Of a DNA stretch of 64,000 bases, positions 1-9,675 are shown in pieces. Made by a program: the position numbers and the translations under genes. Every line of letters starts with the position of its first letter. Position 1 is the first letter of the stretch. Source of the stretch: Candidatus Woesearchaeota archaeon (GTDB lineage Archaea > Nanobdellota > Nanobdellia > Woesearchaeales > GW2011-AR4); NCBI GenBank assembly GCA_018303655.1, contig JAGVXT010000022.1, positions 2,633-66,632 on the forward strand. Reading direction: 5' to 3'. The notes under the pieces are model-generated. The model was given only the letters and a program-made list of their open reading frames with translations. It was not told where the DNA came from and ran no database searches.

Positions 1-666
1 ATTCTTCCGGATTATGCAATTGTAGACCCACAGTTTACAATGAGTTTGCCAAAAAGTCTTACTGCTTCAAGTGGTATAGACGCTTTTTCACAAGCAATAG
101 AGTCTTGTTGGAGCATTAACTCAACTAAGGAATCAAAAAAACATGCAAAAGAAGCAATTAAACTAACAATCAAATATCTTCCTAAGGATGTTGGCAATAC
201 TTCTGAGGAATCAAGAGAAGCAATGGCAAAAGCGGCACATTTGGCCGGAAAAGCAATAAATATCTCTAAAACAACCGCATGCCATGCTATATCTTACCCA
301 ATAACCTCTTATTTCAGTGTCCCTCATGGACACGCAGTAGCGTTAACACTTGCCAAAATGTTAGAATACAATTCAAAAGTCACAGAAAAAGACTTATTGG
401 ACAAAAGAGGGATTGATTACGTTAGAGATATCATTAAAGAAATTTCCAATTTAATTGGCGCTAAGAATACTGAAGAAGCAAGCAAAAAAATAACAAATTT
501 AATGAAAGAAATAGGATTGAAAACGAAATTAAGCAAATTAGGAATCAAAACAGATGAAGATATAGAGATAATAATAAAAAATGGATTTAATCCAGACAGG
601 GTTAAGAATAACCCAAGAAAATTGACTAAAAAAGCATTAAGGAAAATATTAAACAGCATAAGATGA
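1..666 (+). CDS. Iron-containing (group III) alcohol dehydrogenase family protein, C-terminal part; 5' end lies outside the window
   Basis: The frame is open from base 1 (ILPDYAIVDPQFT precedes Met at 40). Motifs SGIDAFSQAIES, TTACHAISYP and VPHGHAVAL match the metal/substrate-binding half of Fe-ADHs. Confidence 0.75.
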   Translation: MLPDYAIVDPQFTMSLPKSLTASSGIDAFSQAIESCWSINSTKESKKHAKEAIKLTIKYLPKDVGNTSEESREAMAKAAHLAGKAINISKTTACHAISYPITSYFSVPHGHAVALTLAKMLEYNSKVTEKDLLDKRGIDYVRDIIKEISNLIGAKNTEEASKKITNLMKEIGLKTKLSKLGIKTDEDIEIIIKNGFNPDRVKNNPRKLTKKALRKILNSIR

Positions 667-752
667 AAGCAATGACTCTAAATTCTGGAATTGGAAAGAG
701 ACTGCGTCCATTTACAAGTAAGAATCCAAAATGTTTAGGGCTCGCCTGTTAA
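663..752 (+). pseudogene. Stub of a sugar-1-phosphate nucleotidyltransferase (29 codons only)
   Basis: The ATG overlaps the ADH stop (ATGA). MKAMTLNSGIGKRLRPFTSKNPKCLGLAC is followed by TAA. GxGxRLxPxTxxxPK is the N-terminal signature of RmlA/GlmU-type nucleotidyltransferases, which are normally over 220 aa. No continuation is possible before the next gene. Confidence 0.45.
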
Positions 753-953
753 AGAAACCTCACTGACTTTAGTCCGCAGTATTTGCTCCACCACTAACAA
801 ACCTTATATTCTTTTTTCTTTCCAAGAACTGTGCATAGCATCGCTCCTTTATCTGCTTAAACAGAGGATAAGCCCAATTTTCACTGAAGCCAGCTTAAAC
901 GAAAAGTTTAAAAACAGCGTATATTTCACTATTTGGATGTAAGGATGGAAAAA

Positions 954-1172
954 ATGAAAAAAAAGCATTTGATTTTCTTTATGAACCTTATGATGGCTAT
1001 TTTGCTGGGAAGCAATGCATTAGCTTATTTAGATCCCAACACGGGTGGAGTAATTTTGAATACAATCTGGCCGTTTATTGTCGCTTTTTTTTCAGCAGTT
1101 GGAGCTTTTACCATAAAATATTTTTGGAAGCCTATTAAAAAAGCATTTTCAAAACTTATTACTAAGAATTAA
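954..1172 (+). CDS. Small membrane/secreted protein (two hydrophobic segments, LDPNTGG motif)
   Basis: The ORF track starts at TTG 933. ATG 954 has AGGATGG 6-13 nt upstream and gives MKKKHLIFFMNLMMAILLGSNALA, which is signal-like, followed by a second TM. Confidence 0.5.
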   Translation: MKKKHLIFFMNLMMAILLGSNALAYLDPNTGGVILNTIWPFIVAFFSAVGAFTIKYFWKPIKKAFSKLITKN

Positions 1173-1326
1173 TCAATAATCCCCAATTAGGAAACATCTC
1201 GGTGCTATTAAAATGCAATTTAGTCACGATCAAAAGCTAAATTCTTCAAATTTAAATCTTTTTATAGATTGCCAACATTTTTTTACTTCTCAATATGATG
1301 ACAAATTTATGCGGTGTTATTAAATA

Positions 1327-3195
1327 ATGAAAATACTAAATCACTTGAAGTTGGTCATTATTACAGGATTTTTGCTTGGATTATTGATGGGGACAGTGGA
1401 TGTCATAGCAAAGATATCAGTATGGAGTTTTCAATGGTTTGAATTTTACCAGACATTATCCTCATCTATAATTATCGTTACTATACTCTTCTTTTTGTTG
1501 TTAATATTTTTGCAACTTTTTATGAAAATCACAAAAATAAAATTTTCATTTGAAACACTCTATACTTTCTATTTTTCTGGCGCAGTATCATTTGCCTTAT
1601 TCTTTTATTTATTAGTCTTGATAAATAGGATATTCTTGATAAACCATACTTTTAGTGATTTCTTATCTATTAAATTTAATTTAGGAGCTTTAGCGTTATC
1701 TATTGGAATATTTGTTTTAACCCTATTTAAAGGCAAAAAACTTGTGCTTAAGACTATCGATTTTCTCAATAAAAAAACAACAAAAAAACTTTTAGAGAAT
1801 TACATTTTTATAGTGCTTGTATTTATCTTATCTTCATTTCTTTTAGATATCTATATTATTAATAAGACTCCGGTATTAAAATCAGACGAATCTGTTAGGG
1901 GATCCCCTAACATCTTGTTAATAGTGTTAGATACAGTCAGGGCAGATCACCTCACTACTTATGGATATGACCTAAATACCACTCCAAATCTTAATGAATT
2001 AGCAAAAAAATCTGTAGTCTTTGAAAATGCTGTTGTACCTTCTACATGGTCTTTACCTTCTCATACATCACTTTTTACTGGCAGATACCTTTTCAATCAT
2101 GGGACATCAAAAAAAAACCAATTTGTTGGAGAAGAAGAAACTTTATTACCAGAAATTCTAAAGGATGAAGGGTTTATAACATCGGGAATAACTGCGAATA
2201 CATACATAAAGTCGAGGTACGGAATAGCACAAGGAATGATGAGTTATGATGAAAGAGTGGATTTTTTTGAGTACGAGAATCAATATACTAAATTTGATAT
2301 AAGGAGCATTTTTATTGCCTTATTTTCGGACATAATAGAAAGATCAACCTCTTTTGGAGACAGAACAGCAAAGGAGATAAATGGAAAAATTTTTAAATGG
2401 CTGGATAAAAATAAAGATCAAACTTTCTATTTGTTTGTAAATTACGTAGATTTGCATCACCCTTATTATTTTCCGGAAGAGTTTATGTATAAGTTCACAG
2501 ATAAAGATTATGATTACGATTTAGTAGATAATGCTGTTGAAGTTACTGCTGAAAGAAGGTACGAATATGTGCCTGATGAAATTGTTGATTACACAACTAA
2601 TCTTTATGATGGAGGTCTAGCTTATTTGGACTACAATCTTGGAAAATTGTTTGAAAGGCTGGGTGAATTAGGGCTAATGAATAATACTATAGTAATTATA
2701 ACAGCAGACCATGGAGAGGAATTCTACGAGCATGGAGGATTTCTGCATGCAAGCACAATGTTTGAAGAACTTTTACATGTCCCTCTGATTATTTATTATC
2801 CAGAATTCTCCCCAAAACGAGTGGAAGAACGGGTAAGCCTTGTGGATATCTTTCCAACAGTATTAGACTTTCTTGATATAGAATATGCAAAAGATGAAAT
2901 TGACGGTATAAGTCTTCTTCCTCTACTAAGGGGAAACGGGAATTTTAAGAGGGATAATTTTGTGATCTCTGAAGACTATGGAAGGCCCGAGATAGGAGAG
3001 GCTACTTTAAGGGCATTATATGATGGTGATTGGAAAGTTATAGTGGTTAATCTAAGTGATCCTGATTACAAGCTTAACTCATCTTTGTTTAATTTGAAGA
3101 ATGATCCTAACGAGTCAAAAAATCTTTATAATTCTGACATTAAAAAAAGGGACATGCTTTTAGGTTACTTGGAAAGTATGAAAAAAGAGAGATAA
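1327..3195 (+). CDS. Membrane-anchored sulfatase / alkaline-phosphatase-superfamily enzyme (LtaS/EptA-like architecture)
   Basis: About 180 aa of N-terminal TM segments, then NILLIVLDTVRADHL, PSTWSLPSHTSLFTGRY, ITADHGEEF and a NDPNE tail. These are the sulfatase-fold metal site and nucleophile segment. Confidence 0.75.
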   Translation: MKILNHLKLVIITGFLLGLLMGTVDVIAKISVWSFQWFEFYQTLSSSIIIVTILFFLLLIFLQLFMKITKIKFSFETLYTFYFSGAVSFALFFYLLVLINRIFLINHTFSDFLSIKFNLGALALSIGIFVLTLFKGKKLVLKTIDFLNKKTTKKLLENYIFIVLVFILSSFLLDIYIINKTPVLKSDESVRGSPNILLIVLDTVRADHLTTYGYDLNTTPNLNELAKKSVVFENAVVPSTWSLPSHTSLFTGRYLFNHGTSKKNQFVGEEETLLPEILKDEGFITSGITANTYIKSRYGIAQGMMSYDERVDFFEYENQYTKFDIRSIFIALFSDIIERSTSFGDRTAKEINGKIFKWLDKNKDQTFYLFVNYVDLHHPYYFPEEFMYKFTDKDYDYDLVDNAVEVTAERRYEYVPDEIVDYTTNLYDGGLAYLDYNLGKLFERLGELGLMNNTIVIITADHGEEFYEHGGFLHASTMFEELLHVPLIIYYPEFSPKRVEERVSLVDIFPTVLDFLDIEYAKDEIDGISLLPLLRGNGNFKRDNFVISEDYGRPEIGEATLRALYDGDWKVIVVNLSDPDYKLNSSLFNLKNDPNESKNLYNSDIKKRDMLLGYLESMKKER

Positions 3196-3521
3196 TAAGA
3201 CTCGTTATCTTATAGGGCACCACATTACTTGAGTGTGGGGATTACTCAATAGTTTAAAGAAAAATCAAAATATAATATCTTTCTTAGTACATAAAATATA
3301 GTGTGGGGTAGGGGTACCTTGTTGGAGAAAACTTTAAAGATTTTATCATATCTTTGCCAGTAGGTAGGTTTAGTTGTCATTTGATATCACCAAAATATAC
3401 CTTCTGGCAACTACATACTTATTAATTAATCAACAAACTACGTTTTTCCACTTGACTTAAAGATACCGTTTGAGAAGAGGTTTTTTAAATGAACGGCATA
3501 ATCAAGCATTAAAAAGAGAAT

Positions 3522-3971
3522 ATGAAAAAAACTTTGAAAATCTTTAATTGTATTTGGTATTTTCTGTTGCTTATTCTATTGGTAAGTATTTTGCTGTTTG
3601 AGAATGTGAGAAACACTTACGAAAGTGAGGAAGGATTTACCGTAAAGAATTATATAGAAGACCCAGAAAAACATGGCAATTTCATATCAGAAAGGATGGT
3701 AAAGATTTACAATGTGAGCCAAGATCATTTTTATTTTGATACTGGCAACTTAAGTCTTAAAGTCATTGGTTCTAATGTTCAAAAGCCTGTTTTAGGAGAA
3801 ACAGTCGTTTATCTTAATTTTAGGAAAGACGGAGTTATAGAATTAATTGACTACCATAATTATGACTATAATTATTTCTTGTATGGTATTTCAGTAATTG
3901 CTCTGTTAATTTTTCTGATTTTATTCTTTAAAGAATGGAAACTTACATTGAGGGGATTTGAAGATGCCTGA
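3522..3971 (+). CDS. Hypothetical membrane protein (N- and C-terminal TM segments)
   Basis: The ORF has hydrophobic N-terminal (IFNCIWYFLLLILLVSILLF) and C-terminal (FLYGISVIALLIFLILFF) segments. No recognisable family. Confidence 0.45.
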   Translation: MKKTLKIFNCIWYFLLLILLVSILLFENVRNTYESEEGFTVKNYIEDPEKHGNFISERMVKIYNVSQDHFYFDTGNLSLKVIGSNVQKPVLGETVVYLNFRKDGVIELIDYHNYDYNYFLYGISVIALLIFLILFFKEWKLTLRGFEDA

Positions 3972-4464
3972 CTTAATGAGCCATCTTGTTATAGGGCTAA
4001 TATTAGCTGAATTGTTTAATATAAAGAAAAAGAGCCTAGTAGTGTTAGGGGCTTTAACACCGGACCTTTTGTCAAAAACAAATTTAATTACTCTTCATTT
4101 TGGAATGCCGTTACAGATTTCAACCACCCCATTCCATACTCCAATAGTGCTACTCTTAGCAAGCATACTTATAGCTCCTTTATTTAGGTATAGCAAAATC
4201 AAGACTATCATATTTTTCAACACAGGTGCATTAAGCCATTTTTTATCTGATATTACTATGAAACATTTTACCATAATTGGAACTCGCTTATTATATCCAT
4301 TTTCAAGGACAAATTACACTCTTAATTTGATATGGCCAGAACAATCAGTATATATTTTAGTTGTGAGTTTATTTATATACATAGCCATCAGGATTTACAA
4401 AAAAAATAAATTGAGATTGCGTTTTATTTTTCAAAAATTCTTTAAAAAATTCTCTAAATCTTGA
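3964..4464 (+). CDS. Membrane-bound metal-dependent hydrolase, YdjM/DUF457-like
   Basis: MPDLMSHLVIGLILAE at the N-terminus plus HTP and SHFLSD histidines in a 4-5 TM protein. The ATG at 3964 overlaps the upstream stop by 8 nt. Confidence 0.5.
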   Translation: MPDLMSHLVIGLILAELFNIKKKSLVVLGALTPDLLSKTNLITLHFGMPLQISTTPFHTPIVLLLASILIAPLFRYSKIKTIIFFNTGALSHFLSDITMKHFTIIGTRLLYPFSRTNYTLNLIWPEQSVYILVVSLFIYIAIRIYKKNKLRLRFIFQKFFKKFSKS

Positions 4465-4668
4465 TGTATGTGAAGCGGTTTATAGCCAAAGAGGCATTGT
4501 TTAATCTTCGGGATATGCTTTTTATAAGATTTAGAAGTTAATACGCTCCGCATCCTGCTGCGCTCTCACTCCACTTCGCTAATTATAGGACTCTTGTTCG
4601 ATTTTTTTAAAAGACGGATTAATTCTCTTATAGCAAGTTTTATATACGCCTCTGCAAAACAAAGGACC

Positions 4669-5391
4669 ATGAAAGTATTGATTACTGGAGGAACAGGTGC
4701 CTTGGGCAAATCCTTAAAAAAGGTTTTTGAAGGTGCTTTCTTCCCAACCCATTCAGAGATGGACATAACTAATGCTAATTCGGTCAATAAAATAATTTTG
4801 AGCTATAAACCAGATGCTTTAATTCATACGGCAGCATTGGTTGGTATAAGGGAATGCGAGGAAAATAAGAAAAAGGCATGGCTTACTAATGTCGAAGGCA
4901 CGCAAAATATAGTAAATGCTCTAAAAGAATTGAATAATAATTGTTATCTAATCTATACGTCTACAGCATGTGTTTTTGCCGGAGAGAAAGAGAAATACTA
5001 TGCCGAAGATGACATCCCATCTCCAAAAAATTATTATTCACTTACAAAATTATGTGGGGAGTTAGTAGTGAGGCAGTACAAAAATACATGTATTATCAGG
5101 ACTAATTTTGTGACAAAAGAGCAATGGAAATATCCAAAGGCATTTGTAGATAGATTTGGAACATATTTGCTCAGTGATAAAGTAGCCAAGGGCATATTCG
5201 ATATTTACAAAAAGAAGGAAACGGGAATAATACATATCGTTGGTAAAAAAAGAATTAGTATGTATGAACTGGCCTTATTAGCTGGTTCAAAAAATATTGA
5301 TAAAATGACATTAGATGAATATCAAGGTCCGCCTTTGACTGTCGATATGAGTCTTTCAACTAAAAGATGGAAAAAATATAAAATAAAATGA
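4669..5391 (+). CDS. SDR-family NAD(P)-dependent sugar reductase, RmlD (dTDP-4-dehydrorhamnose reductase)-like
   Basis: MKVLITGGTGALGKSL Rossmann start and YSLTK (YxxxK). Short (about 240 aa) RmlD-like format. The ORF-track start at 4594 adds 25 non-conserved residues. Confidence 0.65.
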   Translation: MKVLITGGTGALGKSLKKVFEGAFFPTHSEMDITNANSVNKIILSYKPDALIHTAALVGIRECEENKKKAWLTNVEGTQNIVNALKELNNNCYLIYTSTACVFAGEKEKYYAEDDIPSPKNYYSLTKLCGELVVRQYKNTCIIRTNFVTKEQWKYPKAFVDRFGTYLLSDKVAKGIFDIYKKKETGIIHIVGKKRISMYELALLAGSKNIDKMTLDEYQGPPLTVDMSLSTKRWKKYKIK

Positions 5392-5408
5392 AAAATTAAA
5401 GAGACTAA

Positions 5409-6140
5409 ATGCCAAAAATTGAATTGTCAGTTATCATCCCCGGGTACAATGAAGAAAAGATAATTGTAAATACAATAAATTCTGTTGAAAAAATTATTCG
5501 TTCGTTCAAGAAATCATTTGAGATACTAATAGTAGATGATGGATCAAATGATACAACATCTAAGATATTACAAAGATTAGTTAAAAGCAAAAAGCATCCT
5601 AATCTAAGGTTTGTTTCTTATAAAGATGGTCCATCTCGGCGTGAAAATCTAGCAAAATCTTTTAAGTTATTAAATGGCCGATATGTTATTCTTCTTGATA
5701 TGGACCTTTCTATGGATTTGAAACATTTAAGTAAGATGATATTTTGGCTTGAGCATGGGTATGGAATGGTGATTCCAAATAGGTACCATAAAAAATCAAA
5801 TATAAAAAGAGATCCAGGTAGGTATATAATAAGTAAAATGTATAATGCATTTATTAGGATGCTTTTTCGAACTGGGTTTAAAGATAATATATGTGGATTT
5901 AAGGCTTTTAAAAGGGAAGTAATCTTGCAAATCATCAGAGAAGCTGGGATAGATGAATCAAGAAGAAGAAGTGTATTTTGGGATACTGAAATTATTATTC
6001 ATGCCTTGCGTAAAGGAATTCGTATAAAAGAAATACCCATTCATTGGAAAGAGGGAAAAAGCTCCGCTCTTACTTTTAAGAAAGAAATAAAAATGATTCC
6101 TTATATAATCAAATTCTGGATGAAATCATCAAAAACTTAG
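5409..6140 (+). CDS. Family 2 glycosyltransferase (polyprenol-phosphate sugar synthase-like)
   Basis: LSVIIPGYNEEKII, ILIVDDGSNDTT and LDMDLS (DxD) give the GT2 signature. Confidence 0.8.
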   Translation: MPKIELSVIIPGYNEEKIIVNTINSVEKIIRSFKKSFEILIVDDGSNDTTSKILQRLVKSKKHPNLRFVSYKDGPSRRENLAKSFKLLNGRYVILLDMDLSMDLKHLSKMIFWLEHGYGMVIPNRYHKKSNIKRDPGRYIISKMYNAFIRMLFRTGFKDNICGFKAFKREVILQIIREAGIDESRRRSVFWDTEIIIHALRKGIRIKEIPIHWKEGKSSALTFKKEIKMIPYIIKFWMKSSKT

Positions 6141-6160
6141 TTTGGTATAGATTTTCATAG

Positions 6161-7195
6161 TTACGGAATTTTAACCTTAATTCTTGCTCCGTTGCTCCTT
6201 AAAGACTTTTGAACTGCTTCCAAAACACTTACTACTTTTAATCCCTCAACCCCATTTGTGATAGGTTCTTTATTGAAATTTATACAATCTAAAAAGTGCT
6301 GTAGTTGCCTGGTTAATGGTTTTCCGTCTTTAAATCTAGGAAAATAATATCCTGATTTTTTCATTGTAGTATCTTTTTCAGCAAGCGGTGGCTTATTTTT
6401 ATAATATTTCAACTTCCCATTTTTTCCATAATCATCAAAAGTCGCATAGAGGTTTTCACCTATAATAGTCATATCCATTTTCTTTATGGGATAAAGCCAA
6501 CTGACCATGGTTGTCGAAAAAACTTTGTTAGGGAATACCATATCTATAGTAACTACATCTTCAATATCTTTATTTAAAAAGCACTTACCATTTGAGCTGA
6601 CTTCTATAGGCAGTTCTTCAAGAAGATTCAAAAGGATAGATACGGTGTGGGGAAAAAAATCCCACATTGCATTCATATCACTACGTACTGGACCATTCCC
6701 AGCATGTACAGAATGAATATAATTTATTCTTCCAAAAATTCCTCGTTTGATATCCTCTTTCAGCTTATTAAAACAAGGATTAAATCGGTGAAGATGGCCA
6801 ACCATCAATTTTTTTCTTTTTTTATTTGAAATCTTAATCAATTCTTTAACCTGATAAGAAGAAAAAGCTAAAGGTTTTTCCACGATAACGTGCTTATTAG
6901 ACATTAGTGCTTCCTTGGCTAGTTTATAATGTGTACTACCCGGTGTGACTATTGCTACTGCATCAACTTTTTTATCGCCCAGTATATCTTTATCATTTGT
7001 TGTGGTTTTGATTGAAGATGGCAAATTTAGTTGATGGCTTACTCTATTAAGTGTGGTATTATTTGCTGCGCAGATCCATCTTACAACGGCGTTATCTAGC
7101 TGATTAAAAGTTTTTAGATAATTAATACCAAAGTGCCCAACCCCGATAATTCCAATATTTATCATTTTTTTCATTTTTCCTCTCATTTTTTTCAC
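6161..7195 (-). CDS. Gfo/Idh/MocA family NAD-dependent sugar oxidoreductase
   Basis: INIGIIGVGHFGINYL Rossmann motif and the EKPLA motif (VIVEKPLAFS). Several in-frame Met codons at the start, so the exact start is uncertain. Confidence 0.8.
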   Translation of the reverse strand: MKKMRGKMKKMINIGIIGVGHFGINYLKTFNQLDNAVVRWICAANNTTLNRVSHQLNLPSSIKTTTNDKDILGDKKVDAVAIVTPGSTHYKLAKEALMSNKHVIVEKPLAFSSYQVKELIKISNKKRKKLMVGHLHRFNPCFNKLKEDIKRGIFGRINYIHSVHAGNGPVRSDMNAMWDFFPHTVSILLNLLEELPIEVSSNGKCFLNKDIEDVVTIDMVFPNKVFSTTMVSWLYPIKKMDMTIIGENLYATFDDYGKNGKLKYYKNKPPLAEKDTTMKKSGYYFPRFKDGKPLTRQLQHFLDCINFNKEPITNGVEGLKVVSVLEAVQKSLRSNGARIKVKIP

Positions 7196-7295
7196 TTAAT
7201 AATATTTGCATGAAATGGACGAATATTTTTTGTTTAGGCAATTAATGATAAGTTATATGCAAAGAATTTATAAATTATGCGTTTATTCTTGTATT

Positions 7296-8516
7296 ATGAA
7301 ATGTAGAATCTGTAATCATAGTGATTTAAAGGAATTCCTTTCACTTGGAAAGTCTCCATTAGCAAACAGTTTCTTATCAAAAGAGAATTTAGAAAAAGAA
7401 GAGCCTGAGTATCCACTAGAACTGACTTTCTGCACTGACTGCAAGCTTGTACAATTAACTTATGTCGTTTCTCCAGAACTTATGTTTAGAAACTACCTAT
7501 ATGTTAGTTCGACTTCCGATACATTTAAAATTCATTTTACTAACATGGCAGAGAAAATCTCAAAAGATTTTAATCTCAATGAAAAATCCCTGGCGGTAGA
7601 TATAGGGAGCAATGATGGTCTTTTACTCAATGGATTTAAAAAATGTGGTTTGAAAACAATAGGTGTTGAACCTGCCACTAATCTAGCTAAACTAGCTGAA
7701 CAGAACGGCGTTGAAACAATAAATGACTTCTTTAATGGCTCTACTGTAAAAAATATAATAGAGAATAAGGGACATGCAGATGTAGTCACAGCAAATAATG
7801 TTTTTGCCCATGTAGATAACATTTTAGAATTTACAAAAAATGTAGGATCCCTGCTTAAAAGAGATGGAATTTTTGTTGTTGAAGTTCAATATCTGGTAGA
7901 TATGATCAATAAGATGACTTTTGATAATATCTATCATGAACATCTTTCTTATTTTACCTTAACTTCACTGTCAACCTTTTTTAAAAGACATGACATGGAA
8001 GTGTTCGATGCACAAAGAGTTGATTCGCATGGTGGATCTTTGAGAGTTTTTATCAAAAAATCCGAAGGTAAATTTGATGTCAACCCAGCAGTAAATCAAA
8101 TCCTGATGCATGAGAAAAAAATAGGCGTTGAGGATTTCAAATTGTACCAAAAATTTGCAGATAAAGTTTATGGGGTCAAACAAAAATTAACAGATAAAAT
8201 CGGAGCTATTAAAATTGAAGGAAAAAAAATTGCAGGATATGGTGCTCCTGCAAAATCAACAACTTTGCTTAATTTTTGCAGAATTGGTAAAGACCATCTT
8301 GATTATATAATAGACGAAAATAAACTAAAGCAGGGATTGTTTTCGCCTGGAACCCATATCCAAATTGTAGGTCCAAAGATCCTGGATATAAAGAAACCAG
8401 ATTATATCTTAATTCTTGCCTGGAACTTTGCTGAAGAAATATTGAAGAAAACAAAAAAATATGCAGATTCCAATGTAAAGTTCATAATACCATTGCCTGA
8501 GCCATTAATTATTTAA
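7296..8516 (+). CDS. SAM-dependent NDP-hexose C-methyltransferase-like protein
   Basis: MKCRICNH...CTDCKLVQL Zn-ribbon, VDIGSNDG SAM motif, and a long C-terminal domain as in TylC3-type sugar C-methyltransferases. ATG 7296 is chosen over 7206 because it leaves a 100-bp divergent promoter region. Confidence 0.65.
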   Translation: MKCRICNHSDLKEFLSLGKSPLANSFLSKENLEKEEPEYPLELTFCTDCKLVQLTYVVSPELMFRNYLYVSSTSDTFKIHFTNMAEKISKDFNLNEKSLAVDIGSNDGLLLNGFKKCGLKTIGVEPATNLAKLAEQNGVETINDFFNGSTVKNIIENKGHADVVTANNVFAHVDNILEFTKNVGSLLKRDGIFVVEVQYLVDMINKMTFDNIYHEHLSYFTLTSLSTFFKRHDMEVFDAQRVDSHGGSLRVFIKKSEGKFDVNPAVNQILMHEKKIGVEDFKLYQKFADKVYGVKQKLTDKIGAIKIEGKKIAGYGAPAKSTTLLNFCRIGKDHLDYIIDENKLKQGLFSPGTHIQIVGPKILDIKKPDYILILAWNFAEEILKKTKKYADSNVKFIIPLPEPLII

Positions 8517-8561
8517 GCAATAATAAAAGAGGCTAATTAAATATTATTCAATTCATTTATA

Positions 8562-9665
8562 CTAGTTAGTTTCAATTTCCTTATCCTTTATAACTGAGGC
8601 AAGAGGGGATTTGATGTTGAATTCTTCAATAGCCCATCTGATAAATCTTATTATTCCTGTAGTAATATCTACTTTAGGTTTGTAACCAAGCATTGTCTTA
8701 ATTTTTGATAAGTCAGGGCACCTCCTCTTTGGGTCAGCTTCTGCATAAGCATCTATAGGCCCACTCACATATCCTATCTTTACATTATTATCAAAAATAT
8801 CAGCTACTGTTTTTGCCAAAGCTAACATGCTAATCTCGTTATTATCATTTCCGACATTAAAAACTTCTCCATTATAATCTGAAAGCAAAACCTTAAAAAA
8901 TCCAGTTAAAGCATCTGTTGCATAACAAAAAGTTCTTGTATTATTCCCTGTTCCATAGACCGGGATAGAATTTCCTTTAAATACATTTGAGATAAAATTA
9001 GGAATAACACGATAATCATCAAGTCTCATTCCAGGACCATAGACATTAAATGGCCTAACTATTTTGACAGGAACTTTATGGGTTTGGCGGTAACTAATAC
9101 ATAGTGTCTCTCCAAGTCTTTTTGATTCATCATAATTAGCCCTTGGTCCTATACATGAAACATTACCAAAATAAGTCTCTGGAGTAGGAATAAATTGAGG
9201 ATCTGGGTCTCCATAAACTTCACTTGAACTAAAAAATATGAAGCTTTCAACTTTTTTTCTTTTTGCAAGTTCTAGCATATTTTTAGTTCCAAGAACAGCA
9301 ACATCAATTGTTTCTATAACAAATTTTCTATAGAATTCTGGCGAGGCTATACCAGCAGCACTTATTATAAAGTCTATATCATCATCTATTTTTATAGGTT
9401 TTGAAACATCATGTTTTATTGTTTTAAAATTAGAATTCTCCCCAATAGGATAATTTAAACCAGTTATAAAATTATCAATAGAAATTATTTTACATGGTTT
9501 TTCAAGAACATTTTTATTAAGATAATCTAAAGTTAGAATAAAATATTTGCCTAAAAAACCTGCGCCTCCGGTAATTAGCACAGTTTTACCATTTAATTTT
9601 CTTGACTCAGACGATATGCTTTCTGCAATTGCCCTAATATCTTCAATTAGAATTTTATTTTTCAT
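8562..9665 (-). CDS. NAD-dependent epimerase/dehydratase, UDP-glucuronate decarboxylase (UXS)-like
   Basis: VLITGGAGFLGKYF, SSSEVYG and YDESKRLGE (YxxxK). Extended SDR of about 367 aa. Confidence 0.75.
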   Translation of the reverse strand: MKNKILIEDIRAIAESISSESRKLNGKTVLITGGAGFLGKYFILTLDYLNKNVLEKPCKIISIDNFITGLNYPIGENSNFKTIKHDVSKPIKIDDDIDFIISAAGIASPEFYRKFVIETIDVAVLGTKNMLELAKRKKVESFIFFSSSEVYGDPDPQFIPTPETYFGNVSCIGPRANYDESKRLGETLCISYRQTHKVPVKIVRPFNVYGPGMRLDDYRVIPNFISNVFKGNSIPVYGTGNNTRTFCYATDALTGFFKVLLSDYNGEVFNVGNDNNEISMLALAKTVADIFDNNVKIGYVSGPIDAYAEADPKRRCPDLSKIKTMLGYKPKVDITTGIIRFIRWAIEEFNIKSPLASVIKDKEIETN

Positions 9666-9675
9666 AATATTAAAT

